A stretch of 64,000 nucleotides of DNA from positions 128,278,001-128,342,000 of the forward strand of contig NC_082711.1 in the NCBI RefSeq assembly GCF_030144855.1, read 5' to 3'. The position numbers and the translations under genes were made by a program. Source of the DNA: Hypanus sabinus. Taxonomy: Eukaryota. The notes beneath the pieces were generated by a model, which had not been told where the DNA came from, ran no database searches, and was given only the letters and a program-made list of their open reading frames with translations. Shown here in pieces: positions 63,246 through 64,000 of the stretch. Every line of letters begins with the position of its first letter. Position 1 is the first letter of the stretch.

Positions 63246-63664
63246 GTAAAAGTCTATGGGAGCTGTATCTGACCTATGATTGAGTTTGAAGGAGAGTTTT
63301 CTTGGCAATAGGGATCAGAAATATTTTATTCATTCCTGATTGCCCCTGAATACGGCACTAATCCACTTTGTAGACCACTGTACTTGCGACCTGCTTGAGA
63401 ATAAGATTAAAACCTGGTGTGGCCATTTTCCTATTTTATAAAAAAGGTTTATATGTCAAAAAGAGCTGACCTACTGTAGCCACAGTTTTTATATAATTTG
63501 TTCTTGCTTGACAATGGTTTGTCTATGATGTGAATCAGAATTTACATTGAGCCTTATGATCAGTTTTGTTAATATGGCCATAGTTATTGCACTTCAGCTT
63601 TCTACTGTTTGTAGAATGTGCCCAGCTCAGGTTGTTACTGTTGCTTGTGTTTTGCTTTCCACAG

Positions 63665-63829
63665 TAGGTCATATGCTGCAACACTGGGTGAGATTGCAGT
63701 TGCATTCGACTTTGGACCTTTGATGAATGCTCCCAGGCATCGTTCCAAAGAGGTCTTGGTTCATCCACTCTATATCCTGTATGAAAATGGAGAAACCTTC
63801 TTAATATACTGCAATCTTACTCAGAAAAG
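63665..63829 (+). CDS. NUP88: NUP88 exon 5 (tandem acceptor; alternative start 63668)
   Basis: Encodes [19 protein letters not shown]...[19 protein letters not shown]. Donor AG|gtaatc. Confidence 0.94.
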
Positions 63830-64000
63830 GTAATCACTGTCTATAACACTGGTCTAGATATAAGTTGAGAAGGGTGCAGCTTAGAGAATGTGCAAAAGAG
63901 TTAAATACGTAGATGTTTCAAGCGATTGTTAGATAACTTGTTTTAAAGATCCTAACAAACCCTTTGTTATTGCTGTTTGGTTACAGAAATAAAATCTTGT

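Noticed and set aside
63987-64000. Possible start of NUP88 exon 6 after ttacag
   Set aside because: Only 14 nt are visible and the peptide (RNKIL) is not clearly recognisable, so it cannot be supported.

Overview
Vertebrate genomic DNA, most likely a cartilaginous fish and probably a ray or skate. That assignment is inferred from the CR1/Penelope/Rex1/tRNA-SINE repeat landscape, not from a search. Four housekeeping genes were reconstructed by hand from splice sites and translations: PRKRIP1 exon 1 (minus strand, runs off the left edge); complete C1QBP (+, 6 coding exons, 11899-29974, 278 aa); complete RPAIN (-, 7 coding exons, 54290-34321, 222 aa); and the first 5 exons of NUP88 (+, from 54431), head-to-head with RPAIN across 140 bp. 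The rest is mostly decayed mobile DNA: CR1, Rex1, Tx1-like and I/Nimb-like LINE fragments, four LTR-type insertions, Tc1, pogo and hAT transposons (several nested), SINEs and at least 8 Penelope-like remnants. There is a 602-nt N gap at 16449-17050. No wholly new protein-coding system is evident. The most interesting signals are non-coding: minimal hammerhead-ribozyme motifs in Penelope termini; a 224-bp fully palindromic double-hammerhead mini-element with its own target-site duplication (TSD); an apparent ATAC target preference of LTR insertions; a hairpin-forming 40-bp minisatellite; an inverted CR1 pair sharing a private deletion; and a C1QBP promoter-like fragment embedded in an intronic MITE.
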